DNA of 56,474 bases, taken from a virus. Taxonomy: Duplodnaviria > Caudoviricetes. A program made the position numbers and the translations under genes. Under the pieces are notes generated by a model that did no database searches, was not told the DNA's origin, and worked only from the letters and a program-made list of their open reading frames with translations. The stretch is taken from IMG/VR virus record IMGVR_UViG_3300020258_000006, positions 1-56,474 of that record, one strand, 5' to 3'. Shown here piece after piece: positions 27,896 through 38,995 of the stretch. Every line of letters begins with the position of its first letter. Positions within the stretch are counted from its first letter, which is position 1.

Positions 27896-28660
27896 CTACA
27901 TTAAAGAGTAATTGTTTCCTGCGTTACTACCAATATTGCTTGTATCAGCGTTACAGTTTGTTCTAAAATGAATAGATATATTATCACCAGCACCACCAGA
28001 AGTGCCTGAAGTCATAGATACAGTAACAGTTGTATTTGCTGTTAATACTGGAGTTAGCACATGAGTTGTTCCACTTCCCATAGATTGATTTGATACTCCA
28101 CCAGAAGAAACACCACTTCCAGTAAAATTTAAAGTAGCACCTGCTCCCCCCGGACCACTAACTACTGCATATAAATAATATTCACCTGCTACATTAACAG
28201 TAAAAGGAATTGAAAAAGAACAAGTGTTTCCTGCAACACTCCATCTGTTAACAAAAAGTAACTGAGCTTCATTAGCTACTCCTGCAACACTGGCATAGTT
28301 AACATTATATCCAGATCTATACCAATAGTCACTATTTGTTTTTACACCCACCCACTGTCTATCACCGTTGTCTCCACTCTGAGTAATGCCACTAGCATCT
28401 ACGGTTACTGCCGCATTTGTTACTAATTTTCTACCACCACGAAAATCTGTTAACTTTATAGGATCACCAGATAATTCAGAGCTTGTTGGAACATTAGCGT
28501 TAGCATTGGCGGCATTGGTTGTTTGTGTTCCATTATTGTACGCTGTGGGGTTTGGAACAAAAGATCCCCCTTTAACTAACGCTGTTAGATTATTACTGGT
28601 TGAACCATAATAATCTCGCACTGTAGTTAAATTTACTGTACCACTACTCGCTAGGGGCAT
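27896..28660 (-). CDS. Tail-fibre tip adhesin (gp38-like)
   Basis: MPLASSG...NVPTS...IKLTDFRG N-terminus; follows an S74-type fibre; Gly/Ser/Thr-rich beta C-terminus. Confidence 0.55.
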   Translation of the reverse strand: MPLASSGTVNLTTVRDYYGSTSNNLTALVKGGSFVPNPTAYNNGTQTTNAANANANVPTSSELSGDPIKLTDFRGGRKLVTNAAVTVDASGITQSGDNGDRQWVGVKTNSDYWYRSGYNVNYASVAGVANEAQLLFVNRWSVAGNTCSFSIPFTVNVAGEYYLYAVVSGPGGAGATLNFTGSGVSSGGVSNQSMGSGTTHVLTPVLTANTTVTVSMTSGTSGGAGDNISIHFRTNCNADTSNIGSNAGNNYSLM

Positions 28661-30731
28661 GACACTTACATCCTTGTTTATGTTCGTCTATTTCTTTTTT
28701 CAAATCTTTTATTGCTTCTATAAGAACACCAACCATGTTACCATATGCTACAGATTTGTATTCATTATCTACAACAACCTCTGGTAAAACCTTTTCTACC
28801 TCTTGTGCTATTACACCTGTGCCTTTTTCAGCTTGCATTGTATAAGTTACACCACGCATCTTCATAACTTTATCTAAAGCATTATCTATTGTTTTAATAT
28901 CAGACTTTAATCTTTCATCCGAAGTAGCCGCAACTTCTGCACCTTGTATTGTACCTGAAGCTGTGATATTTGTAACAGTGGTAATATTACCAGTAACAGA
29001 AAGGCTAGTTCCATCATAAGTTAAATTAGCTTCAGCTTCTAGTGTATCAGCAGTACCACTTCCTGTTATAATTCGGTTGTCATTGTTGTTATTAATGGTT
29101 GTTAAAGTAACTGTGCCAAAACTTAAATTACCAGATGCATCCGTTTTTAAAAATTGTCCTGCACTTCCATCACTAGCAGGTAAAGTAAACTCTGTATCAC
29201 TTGCTGTCTTTTTTAATGTACCTATATTTGTACCAGTTGTATTACCTGTTACATTACCCTCAAGATTAGCAACAAGTGTTCCTGTAGTTCCACTAAATAC
29301 TTCAGAACTATTTGTTGCCGCAGTTAGAAGAGTAAACTTAGCTTCACTGTCATCATACCCAAAGAAGCCTACTCTAGCTGATCCATCGTTGTATTTAAAT
29401 TCAATACCTCTATCTTTATTATCATCACTAGCGTTTGCCCCCAAAGTAATAATAGGGTCAGCAATTGTTGTTACAGTGCTATCTACTTGTGTTGTTGTGC
29501 CACTGACTGTAAGGTTGCCCCCTATGGTAACATTACGACCAAATGATGCATCTCCTGCTTCAGCCATATTTAATGTTAAAGCAGTTACTTCAGATCCAGC
29601 ATCATCCCCTTTAAATATTATATTCTTATTGGCTACAAGAGATTTAAGTGTCAAGTTATCGCTATCCATATCAACATGACCAACATTTGTACTGCCATCT
29701 TTAAATATAACTTGTTCACCTGCAGCATCAAGAACAATGTCTGCCGCACCATCTAATGTCATATCGCCAGCAGATAAAGCTATTGTTGTACCATCAATGT
29801 TAAAATCATCAACATTTATACCTGCATTGACTGTAAGTGTTGAACCAGCAGTGATTGCAGTGCCAAAAGTTATTCCTGTTCCAAATGTAATTTGTGTTGT
29901 TTCTGTTCCTGCAACTATATTACTAAATACAACTTCACTGTCTTCAGTTGTGTTACTTACGTCTTTAACTTGTGTTGTTATTTTTGCAATATTTCTAGAA
30001 ACCCCTGTGTCACTGTCAGCTTTAAATAATATTGAACCACCAAAATCATCATCGGCAGGTGAAGCTGAGTCTCTTTCAATAATAACAACAGGACCTGCAG
30101 TAGCTCCTGCTTCAGTGCTTTGAAGATGTAAAAGATTACCTGTAGCTACAGATGATAGTTTTAAACCAGTATCAGCCACATGAGTAAGAACAATATCACT
30201 GTCTGCTCCAAAATTTATAATAGCACCATCTGACCCCATAGTAAGATCATCACCAATTGTTACATCACCAGATATATCAACTCGTGTGCTTGCATCGATA
30301 TCTACTATAGGAGCAACTATATCTATCTCACCATCAGCAGCAATATCTAACTCACCATCAGCACCAGAATTTATGTATATATCAGAATCTCTAAACTGTA
30401 TTTTAAATGCAGTATCAACCAGTATGTCTTCACCTAGCCCATCTATATATGCCTTACCATCAATATAAATATTATCCCACTGGTTGCCTGTTTTACCTAA
30501 ATCTAAACTAGTTGCTGATGGATAAAATGAATCACCGTCTGTTAAGTATTGGTGGCTAGGTCCTATCTTTTCAATAGCTCCACCTTCACCTGCATCGCCA
30601 TTATGTGTGTGTCCACTTACAGCAAAAGCATTTAATATAGCATTAAATTCAGCGTTAAAATCATCAGCATCTATAACATTACCAGTTGCTATGTCATTAA
30701 GTTTTAGTCTAGCCGCATAAGCTGTACCCAT
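28644..30731 (-). CDS. Main tail fibre with C-terminal peptidase S74 intramolecular chaperone
   Basis: N-terminal anchor (IDADDFNAEFNAI...GHTHNG); SDERLKSDI...MRGVTY...GVIAQEVE. Confidence 0.85.
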   Translation of the reverse strand: MGTAYAARLKLNDIATGNVIDADDFNAEFNAILNAFAVSGHTHNGDAGEGGAIEKIGPSHQYLTDGDSFYPSATSLDLGKTGNQWDNIYIDGKAYIDGLGEDILVDTAFKIQFRDSDIYINSGADGELDIAADGEIDIVAPIVDIDASTRVDISGDVTIGDDLTMGSDGAIINFGADSDIVLTHVADTGLKLSSVATGNLLHLQSTEAGATAGPVVIIERDSASPADDDFGGSILFKADSDTGVSRNIAKITTQVKDVSNTTEDSEVVFSNIVAGTETTQITFGTGITFGTAITAGSTLTVNAGINVDDFNIDGTTIALSAGDMTLDGAADIVLDAAGEQVIFKDGSTNVGHVDMDSDNLTLKSLVANKNIIFKGDDAGSEVTALTLNMAEAGDASFGRNVTIGGNLTVSGTTTQVDSTVTTIADPIITLGANASDDNKDRGIEFKYNDGSARVGFFGYDDSEAKFTLLTAATNSSEVFSGTTGTLVANLEGNVTGNTTGTNIGTLKKTASDTEFTLPASDGSAGQFLKTDASGNLSFGTVTLTTINNNNDNRIITGSGTADTLEAEANLTYDGTSLSVTGNITTVTNITASGTIQGAEVAATSDERLKSDIKTIDNALDKVMKMRGVTYTMQAEKGTGVIAQEVEKVLPEVVVDNEYKSVAYGNMVGVLIEAIKDLKKEIDEHKQGCKCHAPSE

Positions 30732-32293
30732 TATCTTCTCCCATATTGACCATACTCTAATGATACAGCATCAAATGAATATGGTGGATTTGTTGAATCT
30801 TCTACAAATTGTAATGACACAATGTAACCTGATCCTTTTGTTTGTTTTGTAAACACAGATTTCAATGTACCCCCACTGTATAAAGCAGTTCCGTATAGAC
30901 TGTCTGAATTACCGTACAAAAATACTCCTGTTGTTCCTGCTGTGTTTTCTATGTTTATTACGTTAGGCTCAATAACTCCTGTTTCAGACAAATCAAATTT
31001 TAAAGAAAAATCAACATCTAGTGATCCTTGAGGGTCTGTATATATTATAGCCTTATATATTGTTTTACGCAAGCGTGGATCTGTAATAGGAAAATAAGGA
31101 GTTGAAAAATTTGCAACAATGTTTTCTCCTCCAAAACTATTTCCTGATTCCATTTTATAAACAAACCCATCTGTTTCTCCAAAAACAACAAGCTCTATAC
31201 CTTGACGTAAACTAGAATGTGCAACTTTTGCTCGTATTCCATTAGTTTCAGCCCAATTGAACTGCACACCCCCTTCTCCTAATACTTGTGTTCCTATAAA
31301 CCCTTTTGATGAACTTGTTGTAATACTAGTAGAAAATCCAAATATTCTGTATTGTGTTTTTGATCCTATAGTGACGCTAGAAAAATCTGAGTGTGTTGAT
31401 ACAAAATCTTTTACACGATCCTGTATAACTTTTGAAATAGATAATAAATTAAAATCACCAACTTTTTCTGTACCTGATATAGTTCTAATACCATCTTTTG
31501 ATAAAAAAACAATATCACCACCTACTTCTTGTACGGTATCCCCCTCTACACAACCAATGTCACTAGCGATAGGACTTAATTGAAAATCAGCCGCACTTGA
31601 TCCAACAAGTCTAAATATTTTATTTTCACAAAATATAACAAGTTGATCACGAAAAGCTATAAGAGAAGTTATATCTCCACCAACACGAATTGTTCCTGCA
31701 CCGTTAGTAGGATCAAAATCGTCATCTTCATAAGGTGCAGAAAATACAAGTTTATCGTCATTTCCAATTATTAAATGGTTTTTAAATACAGCAACATGTG
31801 ACGCACCATCAATGTCAGTTGTTCCGTTGCTAGATGTTAGTTTTGATAAATTTCCTGCTGTTGTACCTTTTAATAGTAAAGGATACCCTATTCCATCAAC
31901 AATAGCTAGGTACTCATTGCCATCAAAATTATAATTTAAAAATCTAACTTTTGTTGCGTTTGGTCCTAATTCTATTGACGTAGATAAATCAACATGTGAT
32001 CCACTCCCTGAAGGAACAAGATACAAATGAGGATTACCAGATGATTGTCCTCTTGCAGTAACAACTTGTCCTCTAAATTGCACGACCCCTAAAAGATTTC
32101 CTGTGCCTGTTACTGCATTAGTATTAAATTTTTCAAAACCTTTAATGCGTCTGTAACCACCTTCAATAGATGGTTCAAAGTTTGTTAAAACTCGTGCCGA
32201 TCCCGGTGCTGTTGCCCCATGCTGTAAAGGAGATAAGTTTGTAATTAAACCACCTTTAAATTCTAATGGATACGTTTGCAACCTATCAGGCAT
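30731..32293 (-). CDS. Tail nozzle / tail tubular protein B-like
   Basis: FKGGL N-terminus, beta-propeller-like repeats, synteny. Confidence 0.7.
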   Translation of the reverse strand: MPDRLQTYPLEFKGGLITNLSPLQHGATAPGSARVLTNFEPSIEGGYRRIKGFEKFNTNAVTGTGNLLGVVQFRGQVVTARGQSSGNPHLYLVPSGSGSHVDLSTSIELGPNATKVRFLNYNFDGNEYLAIVDGIGYPLLLKGTTAGNLSKLTSSNGTTDIDGASHVAVFKNHLIIGNDDKLVFSAPYEDDDFDPTNGAGTIRVGGDITSLIAFRDQLVIFCENKIFRLVGSSAADFQLSPIASDIGCVEGDTVQEVGGDIVFLSKDGIRTISGTEKVGDFNLLSISKVIQDRVKDFVSTHSDFSSVTIGSKTQYRIFGFSTSITTSSSKGFIGTQVLGEGGVQFNWAETNGIRAKVAHSSLRQGIELVVFGETDGFVYKMESGNSFGGENIVANFSTPYFPITDPRLRKTIYKAIIYTDPQGSLDVDFSLKFDLSETGVIEPNVINIENTAGTTGVFLYGNSDSLYGTALYSGGTLKSVFTKQTKGSGYIVSLQFVEDSTNPPYSFDAVSLEYGQYGRR

Positions 32294-32973
32294 TACACAG
32301 CCCTTACATAAATATTTTCATTAATTAATACTTTTCTCATGTAATCCATACCATCTTTAAATTTTTTAAATGATATTTGTGCTGACTCTATGTTATCTCT
32401 AAACATATAGGTATGATACATAGCTCCATCTATAATTACATATTTAAATCTCTCTGGCACTCTAGAAACATCATTGTGTAATTCTAGATCTTCAGTGTAT
32501 TTAAAATATTCAAAAGTAACTTTGTATGCTTTATCTGGCATTGGAACAATACCAAATTCTTCATTTTGACCTCTAAAAACTTTTTCTGGTACACCACCTT
32601 TAGTTGTATCTGTTTCGTCTTCTTGATCTATGTGCTTATCTAAGTATTCATCGTAAGTTATATGTTCTAATTTTTTTGCTTCACCAACATTTAATGATGT
32701 ATCTCTACGTATCCTAAAACTTTTAAAATCTACAAATTTTGCTTCTGCTGGAAACACATAACGTGAACGACCTGCTATTAATATTTGTGAAATTTCAGTA
32801 TGATTATAGGGCCAGTAATCGTGATAGAAGCCTATATCTCTTATAGCTGCATTAACAGAATCTTTTATTTGAGAGTAAAATCCTGTAGCCGAAGCAAAAT
32901 TGCTGGATGTAAGTTCTTCTTCATTTAAACGCTTACACACAACGTTTACCATATCTAAAAAATTATATGCCAT
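32293..32973 (-). CDS. Head-tail adaptor / tail tubular protein A-like
   Basis: FLDMVNVVCKRLNE start, PMPDKAY...PERF motifs, synteny. Confidence 0.7.
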   Translation of the reverse strand: MAYNFLDMVNVVCKRLNEEELTSSNFASATGFYSQIKDSVNAAIRDIGFYHDYWPYNHTEISQILIAGRSRYVFPAEAKFVDFKSFRIRRDTSLNVGEAKKLEHITYDEYLDKHIDQEDETDTTKGGVPEKVFRGQNEEFGIVPMPDKAYKVTFEYFKYTEDLELHNDVSRVPERFKYVIIDGAMYHTYMFRDNIESAQISFKKFKDGMDYMRKVLINENIYVRAV

Positions 32974-33353
32974 TATACTCTTTCCTTAACACTAAGATGT
33001 ACAACCCTTTTTGTAACAATAGCTGCATTTGTTTGTGAAGAACTTGTTGTAGTAATTTCACATACAAATCTGTATTCTTTATTAGCAACTCCACCACTAA
33101 GCACAAGTGTTGCTGTTGTAGTAGTGTTTACAATATTTTCAACAGTTATACCTAATGCTGTTGCAACAACTGCTCCTGTTTCATCAAACGTATTACCAGC
33201 ACTTAATGCACTGCTCTCCGTTGTTCCTGAAATCATCTTCCATTGAACACTCGCTATTGTTACTGGATTACCAAAATTATCTAAGAATCGTGACCAATCA
33301 ATTGTAAAATCTAATCTTTCGTCAGGATCTTTATTGGGCCATTGTAATGCCAT
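32973..33353 (-). CDS. Fibre-tail adaptor-like protein
   Basis: KDPDERLDFTIDWS motif, LSGG...Y.F.C.ITT. Confidence 0.6.
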   Translation of the reverse strand: MALQWPNKDPDERLDFTIDWSRFLDNFGNPVTIASVQWKMISGTTESSALSAGNTFDETGAVVATALGITVENIVNTTTTATLVLSGGVANKEYRFVCEITTTSSSQTNAAIVTKRVVHLSVKERV

Positions 33354-33862
33354 TATGCTGCTACCTTTACATTTCTAAATTCATCTTGTGGAACACTAGC
33401 CTGTCGTAAAATTTGAAACTCCACTCTCGCTATTCGTGTTTCTTCAAATGGTACTTTAGCTACTCTATTTTTTGAAAACAATGCAGGATCAAAAAAGAAT
33501 ATTTTAGCTGCCGATCCTGTTGCTGTTGCATCTCCTGCAATTGATGCAGTTGCTGGTCTACTTCTAGTTGCCGTTATTGAATTAACAGTTGCATCTGCAG
33601 ATATACTTGCACTTGTTGGTCTAGAACGTGTAACCGTTGCAGTTGCTGTTGCATCACCAGTAAGTGTTGTGATGATTGCAGATGATCCAGTAAATACTGT
33701 AGCACTACCTGTACACGTTGCATCTCCACTTATACTAGCACCGACTCTTGCTGTTACAGATGCTGATCCTGTTGCTGTTGCATCTGCTGAAACACTTGCT
33801 GAAATGGTTGTTGCAAATGTTCCTGATAAAGATTTAGTCGATAGTGGAAATACGGAAAACAT
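33353..33862 (-). CDS. Ala/Thr/Ser-rich repeat virion fibre protein
   Basis: Repeated ASI(S/A)(A/G)DAT units. Confidence 0.55.
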   Translation of the reverse strand: MFSVFPLSTKSLSGTFATTISASVSADATATGSASVTARVGASISGDATCTGSATVFTGSSAIITTLTGDATATATVTRSRPTSASISADATVNSITATRSRPATASIAGDATATGSAAKIFFFDPALFSKNRVAKVPFEETRIARVEFQILRQASVPQDEFRNVKVAA

Positions 33863-34090
33863 TTAAAGTTTATCCATCTCTGTTTTTATCTGTGACCATG
33901 TTACACCGAACTTGCTTGGGTCATTACTTGTAATAGCATTGTTGTTAGCATCTACACTTACAACTTTATGAAATCTAGCTAAAAATTCTGTTTCATTAGT
34001 TGGGTTATCACCAAGAACTGTCCAACCACTAACTTTTAAATTTTTTAAGGCTAGTGAAAATTTATTTTTTACTGTTCCTTCTGGTATCAT
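33863..34090 (-). CDS. Putative tail-fibre chaperone/assembly protein
   Basis: ATGA-coupled start at 34090; C-terminal FGVTWSQIK. Confidence 0.5.
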   Translation of the reverse strand: MIPEGTVKNKFSLALKNLKVSGWTVLGDNPTNETEFLARFHKVVSVDANNNAITSNDPSKFGVTWSQIKTEMDKL

Positions 34091-34641
34091 CCTCTTATCT
34101 CCTGAACTGTAAGAGTAGTTATAGTAGTTGCAGCCCAAGCACTATCTCCATCTGAATATTGATGATTTACATTCATATCATAAGAAGTTGCACTATTAGG
34201 AGTTGCTCCTTTTATTTTATAAGTTATAGCTGATGTTGTATTTGGATAATCTAATAAAACAACACATGGTGCGGCTGAATCATAAGTAGTAAGATAATTA
34301 GTGACACCGTAAAAGTGAGCAGCACTTCTTATTCTATTTGAACCCACTTGATCACCCATACCTACACCAGTTCCACCTGCGTTTTCTATGTTATCATCAT
34401 TTCTAGTTACTCTTATGTCATAGTGTCCATAACCACTTGCTGTAACATAAGCCATTACAAGGATGCCACTTGAAGTTGCTGATGGTGTAATTTGTTGTGT
34501 TAAAATATCAACAAATGATGTACTCTCTATTAACTGTTTGTCTGTTTTATTTGCTTGTAGTGTTTGCAATACTGCACCAGTTGGCAAATTTGTACCACTT
34601 AATGTTCCTATTGCATTTGCACCTAAAGTTGTTATTGCCAT
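34087..34641 (-). CDS. Short tail-fibre / receptor-binding protein
   Basis: GAVLQT...ITPSATSSGILV...DYPNTTSAITYKI...ITTLTVQEI. Confidence 0.6.
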   Translation of the reverse strand: MAITTLGANAIGTLSGTNLPTGAVLQTLQANKTDKQLIESTSFVDILTQQITPSATSSGILVMAYVTASGYGHYDIRVTRNDDNIENAGGTGVGMGDQVGSNRIRSAAHFYGVTNYLTTYDSAAPCVVLLDYPNTTSAITYKIKGATPNSATSYDMNVNHQYSDGDSAWAATTITTLTVQEIRG

Positions 34642-34826
34642 CAGTCTGCATCCTCTATAGTCAGTTCACCTGCATCCACTTGTTTCATTAATTCAACATA
34701 GTCTAAGTTTTCTGTATTTATAGGAACAGCCACAACCACTCCATCATTAAGAACTAATCTTATGTTACTATAACTACCATCATTAGCTAATGAGTCCTTT
34801 ATATATTTTGCTGATTTAATATCCAT
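34641..34826 (-). CDS. Putative tail-fibre chaperone
   Basis: VPINTENLDY...GELTIEDAD; follows a fibre gene. Confidence 0.55.
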   Translation of the reverse strand: MDIKSAKYIKDSLANDGSYSNIRLVLNDGVVVAVPINTENLDYVELMKQVDAGELTIEDAD

Positions 34827-34834
34827 AAAATATC

Positions 34835-35953
34835 CTATAATTCTGCATCGCCTGAAAAAAAAGCATCGTTATCATTGTTAGAATAAACCATAGCTGCATC
34901 ACCACTATTAGCACCACTTGTAGGTATAGGTTCTTGTGATTGCCAAAATAAAGTGCTTGTTCTTACACTTCCTGTTAACGCAAAAGCTGCACTTCCTTCA
35001 GCCACTTCAGCAGTCCAAGTTCCTCCGTAAGCCATTGTTGGTGCTGCTCTCATCGTTACAGGATGCATCCCTTGATACATAGTACCACTTGTAGAGTTAG
35101 TATTAATCTGCATACCAGTTGCTCCTAACGGACCATAAATATCAGTTGATAAAAATTTGTAAAAATACCTTTGACATCTGGCTAAATCTTCTGCTATTGG
35201 TAACAACTCAAAAGGTGTTGCAACATCACCTAATTCAAACTGCACTCCAGTAAGTTGAAATGTGCTTTCATCTGTTGTTATATGTGTATTTGTTACATGA
35301 CCAAATGCAAACTTATTAGCAGTATATTCATGCCAAACATCACCATTAGAGCCACCAGTTGAATTACTGCCAATAGAAATGTACCATTGTATTTGTAATC
35401 CTGTTGTATTATCGTCATTTATAGCCGCCATCGTATTTCCGGGATATGTAATAGTTTTGTGTTCCCAAGTGTCAGCAGAATTAATAGTGTAAGGTTTTGA
35501 TATATTATCATTTCCATCTTCTTGATAAATTCCTACTGCAAAAGTTCCTGCTATACTTGATTTAACCCAAAAAGATAATGTAGCAGTTTTTGCACCTGAT
35601 GTTCCATAAAGAAGTCTTTGACAGTCTTTACCTTCTATTTTTGTAAGAAGAGTCATATCTTCATTTGCCGCAAGCGAACTTTCAGGAGTTTTAACTTGAA
35701 GTTTTAAAGAATAACTACCGGGAAAAGTATCAGGAGAATCTGTTGCTCTTGCAACTTCTACAGATAGTTGACCAACATTAGATTGTCCTTCTCGCCATCT
35801 TTCTATTACTTTACCACCACCACTTCCAGTTTTAGTAAATGTTGTGTTTCTTTGGTCTATATTAAATGCACCATTACCAATCATATTACGATTAGCTAAA
35901 CTTGTACCCTCAGATGCTGTGGCTAAATCTGCGAATGTTCTTGCTCGGCTCAT
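34835..35953 (-). CDS. Tail fibre / carbohydrate-binding-like receptor-binding protein
   Basis: MSRARTFAD, RNMIGNGAFNIDQR, TLSFWVKS, TGVQFELG...LARCQRYF, MRAAPT. Confidence 0.7.
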   Translation of the reverse strand: MSRARTFADLATASEGTSLANRNMIGNGAFNIDQRNTTFTKTGSGGGKVIERWREGQSNVGQLSVEVARATDSPDTFPGSYSLKLQVKTPESSLAANEDMTLLTKIEGKDCQRLLYGTSGAKTATLSFWVKSSIAGTFAVGIYQEDGNDNISKPYTINSADTWEHKTITYPGNTMAAINDDNTTGLQIQWYISIGSNSTGGSNGDVWHEYTANKFAFGHVTNTHITTDESTFQLTGVQFELGDVATPFELLPIAEDLARCQRYFYKFLSTDIYGPLGATGMQINTNSTSGTMYQGMHPVTMRAAPTMAYGGTWTAEVAEGSAAFALTGSVRTSTLFWQSQEPIPTSGANSGDAAMVYSNNDNDAFFSGDAEL

Positions 35954-37438
35954 CTACGCTTCCTCCAATGCTTTTACTTTAGCTTCTAATGTTTCTATTC
36001 GTGTCATTGCTTCTTGTAAGGCTTTGACAGCTTTCATGTAAAGCACAGAATACATAACAGCTTTTACATTTGACTTTACTTCAACTTTTTTCTCATACCC
36101 TTTAATATCGCCAACTTTTTTACCATCTGGTATAGTATCTGTTTCTTTGTACTCAATAGGTTTGTCTGTATCATCTACTACTGTTCCAAACTCAGAATTA
36201 ATTGCTACATCATTTTCATCTGGTTCTGTTTCTCTAATTAATTTTGGACTAATTGTTTCTAATTCTTGTGCAATAACACCTATCTGCGACCATGCTTTAT
36301 CACCATATTTTTCAACATCATCTTTCTTTTTAAAATTTCTAATTTTTATGTTTTTAATATCATCCCACTGAGAACTAGCATCAACAATATCTTGTTTTAG
36401 CCTTTCATCAGAAGTTGAACCATAAGAATTATCATGGTTTACAACATCACCATCTGCATATATTCTTAGTCTTGCAATAGTGCTGTCATGGCAAGTTAAA
36501 AAATATTGGCTATTATTATCTGGAGATGCATTTGGAAATTCTATGTAACATCCGTAAGGGTATGTATCATGTTCATTTTGAAAGTAATGTGCTACTGAGT
36601 TTCTATTTGATTTATAATAAATGTAATTATCATTATTATTGTTGTTATTAGCAATTACAAATCTTTCAACTAATGATGCTGTTCCACCATCACTTCCATT
36701 TTGGACATGATAATAATATAAACTTCCATTATTTAATGATAATACATTACCTCCACCTGCCGTAGCATATTCCCATTGACTACTTGTATTATAAAAAATA
36801 TTACTATTTAAATAAACAGCACCACTATCAAAAGGTGTTAAAAATCCTCTTGCACCAACTTGTACTGTTTTCATACTTGAGTTATGTGTTTCGGCTGTTA
36901 CACCACCTACTACTATACCATTAGCTGTAGTTTCTGATTTTTTTGAATTATTATGATAAAGTTCTACAGCACCATCATCAATAAATTTTGCTAATGTTTC
37001 ACCGCTGCCATCTATATTTAAAGTGCCATCAACTGTAATATGACCATCTGTTCCATCCCAATGCACAGACAAATCACTACCTGTACCAATATTTAAATTT
37101 ACATTATCTGGTAAACTTACAGCACCACTAAACGTACCACCACTTGTAGCACTTACCATGTCAGCAACAGTAAATACATCATAGACTATAACAGTCACTT
37201 CATCATTTGTGTTGAGTGCTGATAGACCTGCTATCGTTCCTGCCGTGCTTGTGTTATAGTCTGTTGTTGGTTTTAGTAAAACACCATTGAGATACACGTC
37301 AACGTATGCACCATCTGTAAATGTTAGAGTAGCACCATTGGCATCTGCTCCACTTACGGATGTGTCACCACTTGAAGCGAGATATACGAATCTACTTCGT
37401 ACTCCAAATCCGTCTGTTGATCTTCCTATGTATGGCAT
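35954..37438 (-). CDS. Tail fibre with C-terminal peptidase S74 chaperone
   Basis: MPYIG start, VDVYLNGVLL, SDERLKQDI...GVIAQELE. Confidence 0.8.
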   Translation of the reverse strand: MPYIGRSTDGFGVRSRFVYLASSGDTSVSGADANGATLTFTDGAYVDVYLNGVLLKPTTDYNTSTAGTIAGLSALNTNDEVTVIVYDVFTVADMVSATSGGTFSGAVSLPDNVNLNIGTGSDLSVHWDGTDGHITVDGTLNIDGSGETLAKFIDDGAVELYHNNSKKSETTANGIVVGGVTAETHNSSMKTVQVGARGFLTPFDSGAVYLNSNIFYNTSSQWEYATAGGGNVLSLNNGSLYYYHVQNGSDGGTASLVERFVIANNNNNNDNYIYYKSNRNSVAHYFQNEHDTYPYGCYIEFPNASPDNNSQYFLTCHDSTIARLRIYADGDVVNHDNSYGSTSDERLKQDIVDASSQWDDIKNIKIRNFKKKDDVEKYGDKAWSQIGVIAQELETISPKLIRETEPDENDVAINSEFGTVVDDTDKPIEYKETDTIPDGKKVGDIKGYEKKVEVKSNVKAVMYSVLYMKAVKALQEAMTRIETLEAKVKALEEA

Positions 37439-37448
37439 ATGTTATTCC

Positions 37449-37733
37449 TTAACTCGGTTTCGTTGGAAATGTTATATTGCTTAGAGCCATATCAACTGGT
37501 TCTGTTTTTGTAATGTCTCGTAATGCTTGTCTGTATGTCTTCCAATCGTTACTCATAGTAACATCAGAGTTAGCCATCCAATCTGTTTCAGTTAATAGGA
37601 TATTTCTTTTGTTTCTTAATTTAGCCATTCTTTGCACTAATGTGCCTTCTAAATTTGCTTTATCTTCTGCTTGTTTTGATGCAATCTCTGCATCTGTCAT
37701 TTCAATTTCAATGCCATCAACTATTTTTTTCAT
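37449..37733 (-). CDS. Tail-fibre assembly chaperone
   Basis: LRNKRNILLTETDW...WKTYRQALRDI. Confidence 0.8.
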   Translation of the reverse strand: MKKIVDGIEIEMTDAEIASKQAEDKANLEGTLVQRMAKLRNKRNILLTETDWMANSDVTMSNDWKTYRQALRDITKTEPVDMALSNITFPTKPS

Positions 37734-38647
37734 TATGATTTTATCCCATAAAGACTAAATGTGCCTTGTGCAACATTGCCACTAACGTATGCAAACTTTA
37801 AATTATTTATTGCTGTTCTATCAGTATTTGATGACCCTATAATTTTTGCAGCACCATCCCACCAATAATCATTACCAGTGTTATGACCACCATCAAGGTC
37901 ATGTATTCCAATACAATTATAATACATTGCTTTAATACCAGTAGTATTTCTTAACCCAATAAAATATATGTCTGCATTAAGACCTTTATTTGCTGTATTT
38001 TCTGTTCCAGTACCTATATTAATTTTAGCTGAACTATTACCTACTGTATTAGCTTGACCTTGAGCAGTTGATTTTAAATCGTGATATGCCATAGCTTGTT
38101 CAATAAGTATATCGTAATTTGAACCATTATCATCTGATGGAAAAACAGTAAGAGCTTGTCCATTTGTTACTGGTGCTGTATGTCTAACAGTAACTTTGTA
38201 ATCCATGTATGCATCAGTTATTAAAGACGAACTAAAAGTTACACTTGCTACAGCAGAAGAAACTGTAGTTGTATTTAAAAGGGTCATTGCAGTACCAGCT
38301 ACAGTTCCGTTAAATGTTGATGCACCTGTTACTGTTACATCTCCAGTAAGAGTAGCATTTGCCGCAGTTAAATCCTGTGCAGAAGGATGTGTTGCTGTGC
38401 TTACTGGTGTATTGTGGTGCATTACATACACATTATTTGTACCTGCTGGGGTAGTTCCTGTAAAAGTTAATGTTGTACCACTAACTGAATATGCTGTTGT
38501 TGGTATCTGTCTTACGTTTTCAACATAAACGGCTACACCATTTGTTGTTGCTGGTTTAGATAAAGTGTATGAAGAAGCATTACCATCAAACGTATCTTTA
38601 GTGACTGATGAAAAGTTTGCTGTTGGATGATTTCCTAAATACGGCAT
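37733..38647 (-). CDS. Tail fibre / receptor-binding protein
   Basis: MPYLGN start, VYVENVRQIP..AYSVSGTTLTF, C-terminal GTFSLYGIK. Confidence 0.65.
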   Translation of the reverse strand: MPYLGNHPTANFSSVTKDTFDGNASSYTLSKPATTNGVAVYVENVRQIPTTAYSVSGTTLTFTGTTPAGTNNVYVMHHNTPVSTATHPSAQDLTAANATLTGDVTVTGASTFNGTVAGTAMTLLNTTTVSSAVASVTFSSSLITDAYMDYKVTVRHTAPVTNGQALTVFPSDDNGSNYDILIEQAMAYHDLKSTAQGQANTVGNSSAKINIGTGTENTANKGLNADIYFIGLRNTTGIKAMYYNCIGIHDLDGGHNTGNDYWWDGAAKIIGSSNTDRTAINNLKFAYVSGNVAQGTFSLYGIKS

Positions 38648-38655
38648 ACTATTTC

Positions 38656-38982
38656 CTATGTACTGATTGCATCAACAACTGAAACCCAAACATCTGCTGA
38701 ACTGGCAGTATCACTTTTAACTTTGAGTGCATCACCAGACACCATAACTATTTTAGCTCCACCATCTAAAACCTGTAAACTTGAACCTGCTGGAATGGGT
38801 GCATCCTTTACAATGTGAATATCATTTGATCCATCATTGATATATACTTCCACTGCAATTTGACTTGATGTTATATTAGCAACTGTTATTCCTACAATCG
38901 CATCATCAGAATTTGCTGTTCTTAAAGTTACTGCACTTGTTCCAACACTATTTGCAGTATTTCGTTCAAAATCTTGTGCCAT
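38656..38982 (-). CDS. Small beta-rich tail-associated protein
   Basis: VANITSS...IPAGSSL...KIVMVSGDALKV; paralog-like to 41623-41979. Confidence 0.55.
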   Translation of the reverse strand: MAQDFERNTANSVGTSAVTLRTANSDDAIVGITVANITSSQIAVEVYINDGSNDIHIVKDAPIPAGSSLQVLDGGAKIVMVSGDALKVKSDTASSADVWVSVVDAIST

Positions 38983-38995
38983 TATATTCTCCTAT